A stretch of DNA of 43,531 nucleotides, from contig NW_008246107.1 of the NCBI RefSeq assembly GCF_000281045.1, forward strand, positions 341,221 through 384,751, read 5' to 3'. This DNA is from Saprolegnia diclina VS20. Lineage: Eukaryota. The notes under the pieces were generated by a model. It did not search any database. It was given only the letters and a program-made list of their open reading frames with translations, and was not told the DNA's origin. Each line of letters starts with the position of its first letter. Positions within the stretch are counted from its first letter, which is position 1. Made by a program: the position numbers and the translations under genes. Of this stretch, positions 21,950 to 34,822 are shown piece after piece.

Positions 21950-23330
21950 ATGAGCGGGTCGACTAAACGAGCCGTGTGCACCTTCCACCTGCAGAACGCG
22001 TGCAGCAAGGGCTCGTCCTGCCGCTTCGAGCACTCGGCGCGGCCGCCATGCAAGTTCTTCCGCGACGGCAAGTGCTCCATGGGCGCTGCCTGCCGCTTCG
22101 CCCACAGCAGCGCCGGGTCCGAGCCGTCCATCGTCGCGTGCTCGCTGCCAATGGACCAGCGCACCGACAACAACTCTGCGCCCCATCCGTCGAGCGTCAA
22201 GTCGACGCACAATCAGTCGAGCATCCAGTCGCAGCCCAACCAGTCGAGCAGCGTCGTCTCGCAGCCCAAGTCGGACTCGAACCGGATCATGACGGGTCAA
22301 ATCAATGGCCACGCGTTCGAGGTCGAGATCCTCGACCCTGCTAACGTCCCGAGCTTTGCGCGCCGCGACTACGACGAAGAGACCGACTACTCGTACGTCG
22401 AGCCCGACTCGATTGACGACGGCCCAACTGAGTACGACACGTTCGTCTCGGCGCGCAACCAGTTCCAGGAGCAGCTCGACGACCTCGCGCGCAAGATGGC
22501 CGCGCTCACGGACGACGGCGACGAGACCGACTCGAGCACCCTTCAGCATCGGCCGTCCTTCGAGCACTGCGACTACTCGGACATCCAGCCGGCCGCGCCG
22601 CCGTGCGTGCAACACACTCTAATAGGCGCGTTATGGCTTCTTCGTAGGAAGCAATGCAAGTTCCATCTGCAAGGCGCGTGCCGCTTTGGCGACGCCTGCA
22701 TCTACTCGCACGCCCGCGGCCTCTCGTCGGACGAAGGACTGCTCATGGACAAGGTATGTCCCATGTCCTCCGCCTACTCATCTGTCGTTGCAGGAGCTGC
22801 ATGCATCACAAGACGTCGAGTGCAACATCTGCATGGACCTTGTTCTCCGCGCCGGCGAGCGCTTTGGCCTGCTGCCCAACTGCTTCCACGCCTTTTGCCT
22901 CAAGTGCATTCGGGACAAGGACCGGGACGTGGTACTCTCGAGGAATCGAGTTCTCCGTCTTATGCGCGCTGTAGCTGCGGCAATGCCCCGTCTGCGCCGC
23001 CGACGCCCCGTTCATCGTTCCCTGCAACCGGTTCATCGCGGACCCGTCACGGAAACAACAAATCCTGGCCGACTACAAGGTTGCAACTCTATTTCACCCT
23101 GTGTTTACTTACGATGGCACAGGCCAACCTCGCGACGATCCCGTGTCGCCACTTCAACCTCGGCCGGTGCGCTCCTTTTCGCTGATGGACCCGAAAATTC
23201 ACGACAAAATAGGGGCAAATGTCCGTTTGGGCATGGCTGCTTTTACGAACACCGGTTCCCGGACGGTAGGCTCGCGGTGCGCAGTGGCCTCGAGAAGCCG
23301 CCGCTCGGCCGACGCCTCCAGAGTGCATGA
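21950..23330 (+). CDS. MKRN: Makorin-type CCCH zinc finger / RING E3 ubiquitin ligase (about 387 aa, 6 exons)
   Basis: Introns 22603-22647, 22754-22793, 22932-22974, 23080-23122 and 23167-23212 give an open frame. Three CCCH fingers, then RING CNICMD..RFGLLPNCFHAFCLKCIR..CPVC, then the makorin tail IPCRHFNLGRGKCPFGHGCFYEH. Confidence 0.9.
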
Positions 23331-23377
23331 TCCTTCACTAGCCAATCGTAAAACAAAAATACTCTTAACGGCGTGTG

Positions 23378-26214
23378 TTATGCCTCCATGCCGTGCTGCC
23401 GCCCGCCCTCGATGGCTTTGGTCCAGCGCTTGTGCCGCACGCCCGACCGCAGCTTCTTCCACGCCTTGGCGTCCTGCGCAAACTCGATGCGGAGCTGCGC
23501 GCGCTTGATCGACTCGGCCGAGGCGACGGCGGCCCACGCCTGGAAGGCCTCCCGCCGTCGGCGCCAGTCGTCCGTCGTCGCTCGCCAAATGCGAAACGCG
23601 TCGACGCGCCGGTGTCGAAGCGCCCGCATCTGAATGCTGCGGAACTGGACGCGCCGGAGGGTGTTGGTCATCCATTCGACAAAGTAATTGAGCAGCAGCG
23701 CGCGCGGCGACAGCAACGACGGCAGTGGCGGCGTCAGAACGACTGCTGGTACTGCCACGTCATCAAACTCCTCGCTCATATAGTACGCGGTGGTTTCCTC
23801 CGACGCCAAGGACGCCGGACATGTCGGCAACGGGATGACCAAAGCGACGGGGACGTCTTCGTCGGCGGCTTCGAGGGGCTGGAGATAGGATGCATCTGCC
23901 GACGTGGTGCGGTAGACGCGAAGAACCCACTTGGCAATGAACCGCCCGGCGGCCCGCGTGCGCAAGTGCTTGTCGATGGCTTCTTGGATGCACTGGACGA
24001 CGACGCCACCCATGAGCTGCGCCGTGCGCTCACGGAGAAGCCGCATTTTCCGTTGCTTCTCGCGGTACTCGAGCCATTTTGACTGGATAGCGACGGCGGC
24101 TCGGTGGCGACGGCGCCAGCACCGCTTGCGTCGCCGCCAAAACGTAGCGAGGATACTGGCGGCTGTGTGGTGTCGTCTCTGGAGCTGACGGTGCAGATGG
24201 CACCGCCATGCGTGCTGGAGCGTCGTTGCTGCCGACTGCCGGTGCTGAAGGAGACACCAACGCCGGTGGTCGAGGCTGCGTCGACGGTGACGCGCCGACA
24301 GCGTTGACGGCGCTGCTTCCACCAACAGCATATCGAGGCGAGGTACGACGTTGACAACGAGGTCTCCAGGCGCAGGCGACTGCAGCGGCGCGTCGGGGGC
24401 GGCGGCGCATTCGAATTCGAGCAGACAGGTAGCCAGCGTTCCTGGCGCCAGCAGCGCATGCGATACGGACCGTCCTGCTCGCACTAACGGAGCTTGAGGC
24501 CTTGCGCGCACGTCGGCCATCGAGGCCAGTCGTTTTGACGGCTTTGCCCCTAATCGCGCCTTGGCACTCGGGCGTACGTGGTCCATCAACGGCGTTGGTG
24601 ACCGTTCCGTAGCCGGCGGTGACGCCGGTGGACTCGCTGCTGGCTCGGGTAGGTCGATACTCGCTGCTGGCTCGGGTAGGTCGATACTCGTTGCTGCTGG
24701 AGCTGTGGCGGTCGTGGCTGGGGCCGTGCTGGTTGTTGCTGAAACCAAAATGGTTGCTGCCTTGGTCACAGAGTGCTTGGTTCGCACTGTTGATGCGAGG
24801 TGATGTTGCTTGGCTGGTTTCTTCACAGGCGACGTTGTCGTTCGTGCTACTTTCGGGGACTTGAGCGGCTCGAGTCTCTTTTTTCTTTTGCGTTTTGTGG
24901 TGGGAGATACAGACATTGTCGGCTCCGGACTCGGTTCCACGCGGTGCACCTCGGTTGTTGGCTCGTCGACAGTGACGTCGTCATCCAATGCCACGAGCGC
25001 CCGCAGCGTCTGGAGCCGCCCAGTGATGCTCCGGAGCACATCGTCGTCGTCTTCTGTCGGAATGATCTCGACGATATCCGCCGCAGACTCGAGAGGCTCC
25101 GGCGTCGGAGCTCTCAGAGCCGCCTTTGGGGTCGCTAGTACCGGCGTTGCCAGGGCCCATGACGGCTCAACGTCTCGTCTGTCATCTACAGTTTTCGCTT
25201 TCGGCTGCTCATTGCCCGTGGCTTCATCAAGCACACGCAGCTGCGTCTGAAGCTGCCCGGCGGCGGTCGTCACGTCGTTGCAGAGCTCAAAAATGCGCTG
25301 AAGCTCCGACATGGAGCTGCTCGTGTCCACGCGGCGGCGACGTCGAGCAGCCGACGGCGGCGAGGTCTTGGCTGGTTCCGCCTCGACCTTGGTCTCTGTG
25401 GAGGGCGGTGGTCGGTGCTTGGAACGCCTTGTGCGAAGCGTTGGCGCCTCGGCCTCGGCGCTCTCGCTGACGTTCCACTGCAGCGGCGCGACGGTGCGCA
25501 TCGGCGTCAGCGCGTCGACCAGAATTTCTTCGCGCACAATGTGTACCATCGCACGGACTACCCGCGTCGCCAGCACCGGGTCGACGACGCTGGCATCCTC
25601 ACCGAACCGGACGCGGCGCACGATGCAGGAGACCATGTCGTCCGAGAGCTCGTCGCTGCTCGCGAGGCGCCGAAGCTGCGGCGCGGTGAGGTTGAGCGAC
25701 GTAAAGAACGGGTTGCTGCACAGACTCGAGAGCCCGAGAATGCTGTCGGCCAAAACGCTGTCCAAAAAGTCGGTATCGGACCGGACCTACGCGCAGTGTA
25801 AGTACAAAGTGCTCAAACTCAATGAAATAAATTGACCTTGAGAAGGTAGTTGGCGCCATGCCAGAGGTAGCGCCGACCGCTGTCGGTCGCGGCGCGCTGC
25901 CACGTGGCGATGGCCTCGACGACCGCGAGCGTGCACAGGCGCAGCAGCGGCAAGAAGGACAAGAGCAGCGCGGCGTCCACTGCGTGGTGCTGCACCGTCT
26001 CGAGAAGCTCCGAGATGCACTCTTCGCGCTGCAAGATGTGCTGCAGGATCGCGAGCTTGACGTGCGAGGTGCCTTGGTCGTCCGTCGGTGGCGTCGGTCG
26101 CGCCGCCTTGGCCGACGACGGCCGGACGCGCTTCGTTTTGAGAATCTGAGCCAGAGACCTTAGACAAGGTAGGCTGAAGATCATGGGTTGTCGCACCTTG
26201 GTACCGAGCTCCAT
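23378..26214 (-). CDS. Large protein with IQ motifs and C-terminal Sfi1-like F/W repeats (about 928 aa; start could be 26184)
   Basis: Intron 25787-25836 joins ..YLWHGANYLLK to VRSDTDFL..NPF. Long P/S/T/K low-complexity middle. IQ-like AATTLQHAWRCH, AASILATFWRRR and AAVAIQSKWLEY. Extra in-frame introns are possible. Confidence 0.7.
24632..24690. repeat. Perfect 27-bp coding tandem duplication (SIDLPEPAA x2)
   Basis: actcgctgctggctcgggtaggtcgat occurs twice exactly (24632-24658, 24659-24685) plus a partial third copy. Confidence 0.95.
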
Positions 26215-26507
26215 CCTACGCGGGCGATGTTGGCATCGCGTATATTATGGCCGTCAATATGTATTTTTAGCGCCATTCAAGTCCACAGACAAATATGATA
26301 TCGTCTACAATCTACACAACTTGTCCAACCTTCTACATACTAGTTAAAGCACGTCCTCCATCGCTGCGGCTGACGCAGTGGTTCATGGCTGCCACGGCAA
26401 GGTGCCGACGTTGGAGCAAGATACCAGAATCGCCGCTTTGGATTGGCCTATATCCAGCCAATCATCGTCGCCGATGACGGCCGCGCAATTCGACTTTGGC
26501 TGGCGCG

Positions 26508-27387
26508 ATGCACAAATGGCTGGGCATCGTCCACTCGGACTCGGAGGCCGAGAGCTCCGACTCGGACTCGGACCTCTTTGACGCAGCGGACAACAGCGCG
26601 CAGCGGGCGCGGGCCAAAGCCTACGCCGACGACATTGCCAGCCGACGCTGGGGCCTCTCGCACCGCGACCGCGCCGGCCTCGCCGAAGGCCAGCTCGCGC
26701 TCACGCCCACGATCGCCGTCGCGTTCGCCGAAGAACTCGGACAGCAGCGCCGCGTGTGGGACTGCGCACTCGTTCTCTCCAAGTTCCTCACGAACTCTGC
26801 GTACTTTGCGCCGGTATGGCGTCCATCGTAATGGTCATCGCCATATCGCTAAGAACGGAGATAGGACTACTTTGCGGGCAAGCGCGTCATCGAGCTCGGC
26901 TGCGGCATTGGCGTCCCGGGCATCTCGGCCGCGCTCCTGGGTGCCTCCGACGTCGTTCTTACCGACATGGTGCGCTTTCAAGCGGTTTAAAGACGGCTCT
27001 TATCTCGCGTTGTAGGCCGTCGCGCTGCCGTGGATCAACGTCAACATTGCGAAGAACCGCGTTGAGCACATTGCACGAGCCGAGACGCTGCTCTGGGGTC
27101 CGTCGCCAAGCGCGTCGCTCGGCGCGTTTGACGTGATCTTGTGCTCCGACTTGATCTACGGCGACGAAGAGCTCTCGCAGCTGCTCGTGGCGACGATCCG
27201 CGCTCTCTCGCACGCCACCACCGTCGTCGTCTCGGCGTACGAAGCGCGCGCCGCGGGAAACCAAGGCGCGCACTTCCTCGCTGCCATCGCCGCGTCGCAC
27301 GACGTCGAGCGAGTGCCCCACGATGCGCTCGACGCCGTGTACCAGTCGGCGAATCTCCACGTGCAGCTCCTCCGGCCACGCGCATAA
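26508..27387 (+). CDS. METTL21/Methyltransf_16-family protein lysine methyltransferase (about 260 aa)
   Basis: Introns 26814-26864 and 26970-27015. Motifs VWDCALVLSKFL, motif I GKRVIELGCGIGVPG, VVLTD, LLWG and FDVILCSDLIY (DxxY). Confidence 0.9.
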
Positions 27388-27448
27388 CTCCAACGATAAC
27401 CGAATCCAGCGCACGGTTGCTATACCATTGATTACAAAGAAATTGGAT

Positions 27449-30400
27449 CTATGATGAGGACGACGCCGCGTCACGCTCGAGTTGCGGCAGCGCCATCATC
27501 ATGAGGACGTTCTGCCGACTGTGCCGGCGATTGGTTTTCATGTGGCGGTCGAACGGCTTGGTGCGGCCGTACTCTTCGCTCTCGGCGGTCGCCACGACGG
27601 GCAGCGGCGGCGTCTCAATGTCCTTCTTGTCCGAGTCGATGCCGAGTACGATGCTCGTATCGCGCTCGCTCGCGCACTCGACTTGGCAGCGCGCGTCCTT
27701 GACGTCCTGGATGGCCGGCAGCGGCCCTCGGATGCGGCTCATGGCCATCGGGTCGGCCGTCAAGTCCCACGTCACGTCGGCGGCATTTGGCACTTGCACG
27801 ACGTAGTTGACCCAGCGCACGTCCCGGTACGTCTGTCGACAGAGGCCTTTGGACGTGGTGAGATACGCTGGCGTCTTGTGCGGCAGTCGCGAGACCTTGC
27901 CTTCTTCGCGCTCGCCCTACGCTCCGTCGTAAAATGAGAACGGGATAAGTCATTCATGAAACGCGACCTCGTGCACGGCCGTGTCGGCGTGGTCGAGACC
28001 CGAGAGCAGAGCTTCGATCAGGCCAGGCTCCATCGTGGCCGAGTCTTCGGCCGCCAACCGGTGCAGCGTCACCGAGCACGTCTGGTTGATAAATCGATAC
28101 GTTGGATTCTACTGCATTGTCTGAGCGACTACAGTCTCCGCGCCACATACCGCGCCGAACCGTCCGTGGATATCGAGGAGCACTTGAAGTACCCCGAGGT
28201 CGAGCAGTCCTTGGCGCAGGCGCTTGAGCTTGGTCAAGTTGGCGACGGCCACGCAGACCTCAGCGCACATGCGGGCATACCGCGCCTCGTCCGCATCCGC
28301 TGCGAACGCGTGCAGCATGGCCGTGAGCCATCCGAGGCCGTTCATGAGCTGGCTGGAGGCGGCCGCGTTCTCCGCCGGCGTGAGTGGCGCGTTGGGGTGG
28401 CGGTGCACGTGCTGCAGCAGCACTTGGTGGTGGTGATGGTGAGGATGATGATGGTGCAGCGCGTCGGCAACAGTGGCGCTCAGAGACAAATTGCGCAAGA
28501 GCACGGTTGCGCAGAGGTAGAGCTCTGCAAACGCCACTGGCGTCGGCGGCAGCGGTCGCGCGGTTTCCATGAGCGTGTGCACCGCCGAGACAACGTTGCT
28601 GGCAAAGAGGATGTGGTGGCTGCCGACGTGCGACGAGAGGTGACCAAGGCACGCGAGGCAGTCGAGGACCAGCGACGACGTGGGCAAACTGCCCGCGCAG
28701 AGCACCAGACACAGCTCCACCGCGCGCTGGCTCGCAACGAGACCGACACCCTCGGGCTTTTGACTCAAGACACGGCAAGTGGCCGCCGCCACGGCACTTA
28801 GCTCGATCTTGGACCAAAAGGCGGCAGGTAGCAACTGCCAGCGCGCCACAACCTACAATATGGTAGAATAAGAAGGCTGGTGGTGGAGATACCTGCGTCT
28901 GGAGCAGGTGCAGGGCGAGCGTATCGTCGAGTGCGAGGTTGTGGAGTGTCTTGAGTATCGCGATGGCAGTCTCGGTCTCGAGGTGCGGCGTGTGGAGAAC
29001 GATGAGGAGCGCGTCGGCGACATTGAGCTGCTGAAACAAATGCACGAGCTCCGTCACGAGCGAGCAGTTGCCGAGGGCTTGAGCGGCGAGCCGCCGGACG
29101 GTCTCGTGGCCCGACGTCATAAAGACCAAGAGCAAGCTCAGCAGGTTCCGCGTGCACATCTAGCACCAGTGATACGTCAGGCAAGAGTCAACCAGTGACC
29201 GTACCACTTCGGCGTTGCCCAAGTGCAAGGTGAGGTTGCGCACCGTCATGGCCGCGCTCGCGCGCGTCTCCACGTCGCCGTCGCAGAGCGCTCGCAAGAT
29301 GTCGACGACCTGCGCGTTGGTGATGAGCTCCTTGTGGTTGGCTTCGCGAGCGCTGAGGTTGCAGAGGAGCCCGACCGCGTACCTACTTCGCCTAAGCGCT
29401 TGGCGCGTAGCAGTGACAGTGTACCGGCGGCTGTCGACGTTGAGGAAGTGCAGCATGCGCTTCCGTCGCCCGCTCACCCCCGTGAAGAGGAAGGGCGTCA
29501 CGCCGAGCTTGAGCAGCGTCTCGTGGTGGCCCGCGTGGTCGCTGAGGTTGAAGAGTGCGTGCAGACAGAGCGAGAGCGTCTCCTCGAGGCCGCTGAGCCC
29601 GTTGGTCTGCAGCTGCGCGAGCTTTAGGAACGAGTAGAGCACGCCTTCCTCGATCACTTGATGCTACGTCCCATGAGGAAACTATCGAGTTGATGCATCG
29701 GACCCGCGACGTCGGGTGGGACAAGAGGTTGTAGAGCGTCTTGGCATGCACCTGAATAGCGTCGCTCGAGTTGGAGCGCAAGAGCGCGACAACGACAAAG
29801 TCCTTGAGCTCCTCCGCGCTCCATATGCACCTAGAGACGCGTCATCGACCCGATTCGTCAAAAGCGGGCGAGAGACCCTGCGATGGCCACGTTGCAGGCT
29901 GCGATCGCCGCGTTCTGCTGACACACGGACGCGCGCCCGAGCTTATTGAGGGCATGCGCTAGCCCGTGGGTGGTGAGGAGCAGGTCGCGCCCCGCCGCCG
30001 TGAACGAGACGATCGCGAACGTCGACGCGCAGGCCATGAGCGTCGCCGGGTCTTCGCTCTCGTTGCAGGCTTCGACGAGCACTAGCCAAAGCAACGATAA
30101 TGAAGGAATTTCACGCGGTAGAGATACCGGCGAGGGCTTGCGCGCTCGTGTGTTCGGACGCACACACGTGGTAGAGCGTGCTCGTGCAGAAGGCCTGCGT
30201 GCCCATGGTGTAGGTCGTCTGCGTCTGCAGTGTCGACCGGCTCAGGCGCAGAATGGCGTCTTGGATCGGCGCAGCGTAGAGGACAGCCGCCCACTCGGCT
30301 TCGATGCCGCCGTCGTCGTTGTGGAAGAGCCACAAGAGCGTGCGCGAGAGCGCAAAGAGGATACCTAGATAACACTCTTGGATAGGATAGATGACGATTA

Positions 30401-32745
30401 TCCAAGTATACCAGCGCAATAGTACTCGATGGCGCCGTGGCTCGTGGCCATCGACGTTAAAATCACTTGCACGAGCGCGCGCACGTGGTCGGTGGACCGC
30501 ACGTCGCTCGCGCAGTAGCACATGGCAGCCAAAAACCGCAATTGCGCCTACCCTCAACGTGAATCTCAACGTGAATCTCAAAGCTCAAAACAAGCAGAGT
30601 GTACGTGGACACCGTCGGCGTCGTCGTCGAACGCGTCGAGGGGCGACGCGGTGCGGGGCTTGACCGAGTGAAAGGCGTCGGAGGCCGCTGCTTTCTGGGG
30701 CAGCGGAAAGTAAAAGCCGAAGAGGAGCGCCTCCATGAGAAAGTCCATGTCCCCCAGCACCATCGCTCGCAGCCGCGCGTCAAAGGTCCAGTAGCACATG
30801 GTCTTGGCGACCGCGTAGCCGAACGCAGGCGACGCGGCCTTGTGCGCTTCGAACGAAAACGCGAGGCTCGTGTCCAGCTCCAGCGCGAAGCAGCTCTCGG
30901 GCATCTGCTGGTGGCACGCAATGTTGATCAGCGCAACTAGCGCGTCTTCCTTCAGGCTCGGGAGGTGTGGCGTCGTTGGTGGCAGCAGCAGCGCCTATAG
31001 ACCGCCTTTGCAGCTGACTGGATTCTTTATGTACGTACGGTATTGAGGACAGGCACGACGTTGGAAGCGACGAGCACCTTGGTGCAGCGGGCGTTGCGCG
31101 TGAGGTTCGCGAACGTGCGAATCGTGTTGTGCGCGCACTCGTCGTTGGAGGCGGCCCACTTGAAGAGATCGACCGTGCGCTTGACGAGCGGCTCGTTTTC
31201 CGAGAGGACGATCTTGACAAACTCGTCGTTCGCTGACAAGTTCGCGAGCACGCGGCTCGCTGGCGCCAAAATGAAGTCGAAGACGTCGGCGTGCGTCGAC
31301 CGCATCGACTCGTAGAGCGAGAGCAGGTACAAGGTTGCTTTGAGACTCCACGCGCCAAGCAGCAAGTGCAGGTCCAAGTACTTGGAAAAGTGACCAAGCG
31401 CGCGGGTGAGGAGGCGCGAGATGCCCATCTGCTCGTCGTGGAGAACAATGTCTTTGATCGACTGGACCGTCTGGAGCCGCGACCGGTTCCTAGCTCAACG
31501 TAGACCAGTAGTCCGTCCGTTTTGCGTACTGGAGGTGCACGTGCGGTGCGTGCACGAGGGTGTAGAGGAGCTCGCCGACGCTGCCTCGGACGGCGCCGGA
31601 CGCACTCGACGGCTGGAGACTCATGTTGTAAATGACAGCCGCCGCGAACGGACCTGCGCTACTGTGAAGACAACTCGTTCACTAGTATTTGGTCCACCGT
31701 GCTTGGGGTCTTGGACGAGCTGGGAGAGCGCGAGGATGACGCCGAGATTCGTGTGCGCGTTGGAGCCGCCGCCCGCAAAGAGCTTTTCGGGAAACTCACA
31801 GCCGTGCGCGATCATGTTGCTCAGCGCCTGGACGCAGAGCTGCTGCAGCGGCGCGTACGGCAGCGACAGCATCGTCGCGAGCTCAATGATCTGCGCAATA
31901 GTATCAATCTATCAATCTTTGCGACAGGTACCGCTTTGGACGAGTGCAGGAACTTTGCAAACGCCGGCGCAATCGAGAGCCGACAGAGCGTGAGCGCGCA
32001 GAGACACTTGACGTCGTAACTCGGCGACCACGAGATCTCGAGGACGACAGGGATGCCCTTCTTGGCGATGAACGCCCCCAACGTCTACAAATTCTTTCGT
32101 ATCAAGGTATCAGGAGTCGCCAATGACCTCGTCGGCCGTCGTGGACGTGAGGTTGGCCAGCGTCGCAGCGCAGTAGTGGGCGAGGTGCGTGTCTTCGACG
32201 TCCGTGAGGTCGGCAATGTTCTACCGAATTGAAGAGTCTTTGGACAACCACCGTGTGCGCACCTGGATCGCGCCCGACTGGATGATCATGAGCTCCGAGA
32301 GCGGCTGTTTCGACAGTTTGTAGAGCGACTCGGCGCACCGGGCCCGCGCCTCGGCGTTGTGCAGGTGCTTGTACGCGTTACCGGCGCCGCTGAGACTGTT
32401 GTTGCTCAAGAGCGCGTCGGCCGTGTGCACCGTGCGCACGGCCGCGAGGAGCCAGCGCTCCTTGACGCTCGAGGTCTCGTACGCCTTTGGCGCCTTGATG
32501 CGGCTCTGGTAGATGACGCCGTCAAAATCACCGGCCGCCGTTTGCGGGCGCGACGTCGGCGGCTGCTTCTGCATCATCTTCTTGCGCGCCTTGAGGGCGC
32601 CGAGCGCCGGGTCGGTGCGCGGCAAGGCCGGGAGGCTGTTGCCACTCGAGAGCGACGATGCGACAACGCTCATCTTGGGCGAGACGAGGCCCTCGACGGT
32701 GCTGCCCCGCGTCGAGCGTGTACCCGGCGCCGCCAGCGGGACCAT
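27449..32745 (-). CDS. Large multi-exon armadillo-repeat protein
   Basis: Many ARM-type helices (CAESLYKLS, CAATLANLT, CALTLCRLS, CVQALSNM, ASRVLANLS, AKTLYNLL, CLHALFNLS, AVGLLCNLS, AAMTVRNLT, AAQALGNCS, CVAVANLT) separated by short GT-AG introns, e.g. 32221-32262 and 30548-30604. Not every junction was verified. Confidence 0.8.
30553..30581. repeat. 12-bp tandem duplication inside an ARM-gene intron
   Basis: ctcaacgtgaat x2 followed by ctcaa, within intron 30548-30604. Confidence 0.8.
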
Positions 32746-32888
32746 AGCGAGCCGGAATTAGAGTCGGTAACTGCAGTCCAAGACAGGCGAGCCTATTTCG
32801 ATCCGAACCAGAGACCAGACGGGCGACCACGACAGATTCATTCAAGTGTTAGAGATGCACAAAAGCACAGCTGATAGATATAAGAGCA

Positions 32889-33969
32889 CTACGGGGCGTG
32901 AACGACGGCGACGGACGGCAGATCGAGCTTGGCCATCCAGCGCCCGACGCTGCGGACGTCGGTCGGGACCTGCACCGCGATGACAGGACCGCCGCCGTAC
33001 CAACGACGATAGAGCGCCCAGCTCTGCGGATCGATAAGCCTACATTGTCGTCAGTAGGTATGTGTACGTCAGAGACGTCGGACGCACCGCGCGTCCGTCT
33101 TGAGATGCACCGTGGCGCGAAGCCGCCCGGTTGTGGGGTCCAGGAGGCTCTGGTTGGCGACCTCGCCGGGCGCGTCATTGGACTTCTTGGCCACAAAGGT
33201 CTAATGCACGACGTGAGCTCTGGCCCATTGAAATCGATGTAGAGTTACGAGCCATGCTTCAACCCACGACGCGGCGATGACATACCACGTCTCGCCTGGC
33301 TGCGGCAGCGACTGGTGGCAGTTGCGGACGGCAACGAGCTCGGCGACAGGATCATGCTTGCGCACGACCGATGCATCGGACGAAGCAGCGGCCGGAACGC
33401 TCGACGATGCGGAGAGTACAGACGAGTTGCCCTGCGACCGCGGCGCCGTAGTTGAGGACAAGCTCACGCACACTTGGCCGTACGGCCGATCTTCGCGGAA
33501 CGACGTCTGGCGCATCATGGTCGACGTGGGCGCGAGGTCAAACCACTGCTCGGCGTTCTACAGGAAGCGTCAGTGGGCATCTTGATCGTTACGAGGTACT
33601 GCGTACTTGCTCGCCAAGGAAAAAGTCGCTCGGGATCACGGCGACGCCCATCTCTTTGGACGTAAAGCCCGAGACGTGGCGCACCGCGATCTGGAGGCTC
33701 TCAATGTCGGCGACAGCATGCGCGTCCAAGGCCACGGGGCAGTGCCACAGCGGGTTGCGCGTCATCTTGGCGACCTTGGTTTTGGTCGTCGTGGTCTTGC
33801 CTCCGCGCAGGATGAGCGTGGCTTCGCACATGCAGTTGCTCGTGAGGCCGTCGCTGCCGAGCGCGACGAGGCCCTTGCCCGAGACGACGACGATGCGGAG
33901 AGGTGCAGCGTCGCCAAGCAGCGCCTGCTTCTTGGAGGGCGAGACCGCGACGCCGTCGTAGCTGGCCAT
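32889..33969 (-). CDS. C2 domain + DUSP domain protein with no USP catalytic domain (about 311 aa)
   Basis: Introns 33558-33606, 33201-33248 and 33040-33087 give an open frame. C2: LRIVVVSGKGL..KTKVAKMTRNPLW..LQIAV..MGVAVIP..QWFDL. DUSP: GETWYVIAASWVEAWLTFV..PGEVANQSLL..LIDPQSWALYRRWYGGGPVI. Confidence 0.8.
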
Positions 33970-34822
33970 CGTCGTGCTGGAAGCTGGGATTTTGTATTTT
34001 TATTGCTGCAAAAGAAATAAATTTTCCCACTTCAACCTTTTCGCTTGCGATTTGACACGGGTCGTACAGACGCAGCTGAACACAGGGGCAACGCGCCACA
34101 GAACCTGCGAGGCTCCTTGTTTTGAAGGAGTTGATCGATGCTAGGATTGGCCCTAAATGGGTTGCTTTTCCGCCAATCGCGGCGCAGTCGAGCCCAGGAT
34201 CCCTTTGGCTGCAGCCAGCGACGAGCTCTCGTTGAGCTCGTAAACTTGTACATGTATGATGGTTGCAGTCGCTTTGGATACATGGATGGATATACCTTGG
34301 ATAAGATAGATCAATACTGCAAGCGTGGATAGCTAGGCGTGGATCGAGTGAGTCGTGTGCCCGTTCGTCGTACCGCGACATTCAGGATCGGAGGCAGATG
34401 GCGACCACCGTGCCTTCGACAACAATCAACGAACGACGCCAATCGACGATGCGGCTCTCGGCTGCTTGGAATCGAAGCGCGAGGAAGAATGCACTGCTCA
34501 TTCGCGCGCCAAGCACCAGCCGTCGTTAGGCTCATCAACTGGTTGATCACTTTTGCATGGACCTGCCACGACGCCCCGCCAAGCTGGTTGCTCTGTCCTT
34601 GATCATGGCTGCTGCTCAGAAAATTCAACGTAGTACAACCTCCTGCCGTTCTCATGGACGTTGGCCCTTCTAAATGTAGAGCTCCTTCTAGTCGACGTAG
34701 AGGACTGCACGACGACGGCTTGGTTCCGGTGGCTCGTTCCGACGTCGACGTCGCCAATGATTGGTTCGTCCCTATCCGAATAAGACCGGCGTCCGTCAAA
34801 CTGCAATCTGCCCGCACGAACG

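Noticed and set aside
31650..31710. Possible non-canonical GC-AG intron (AA|gcacgg) in the ARM gene
   Set aside because: A canonical GT-AG alternative (CACG|gtggac...gcgcag|GT) also restores the frame. This cannot be decided without RNA-seq.
18696..33969. Apparent calcium-signalling cluster (MLO-EF-hand, IQ protein, C2 protein)
   Set aside because: The genes are interspersed with unrelated housekeeping genes, these domains are common, and the C2 seems to lack Ca2+ ligands. There is no evidence of functional clustering.
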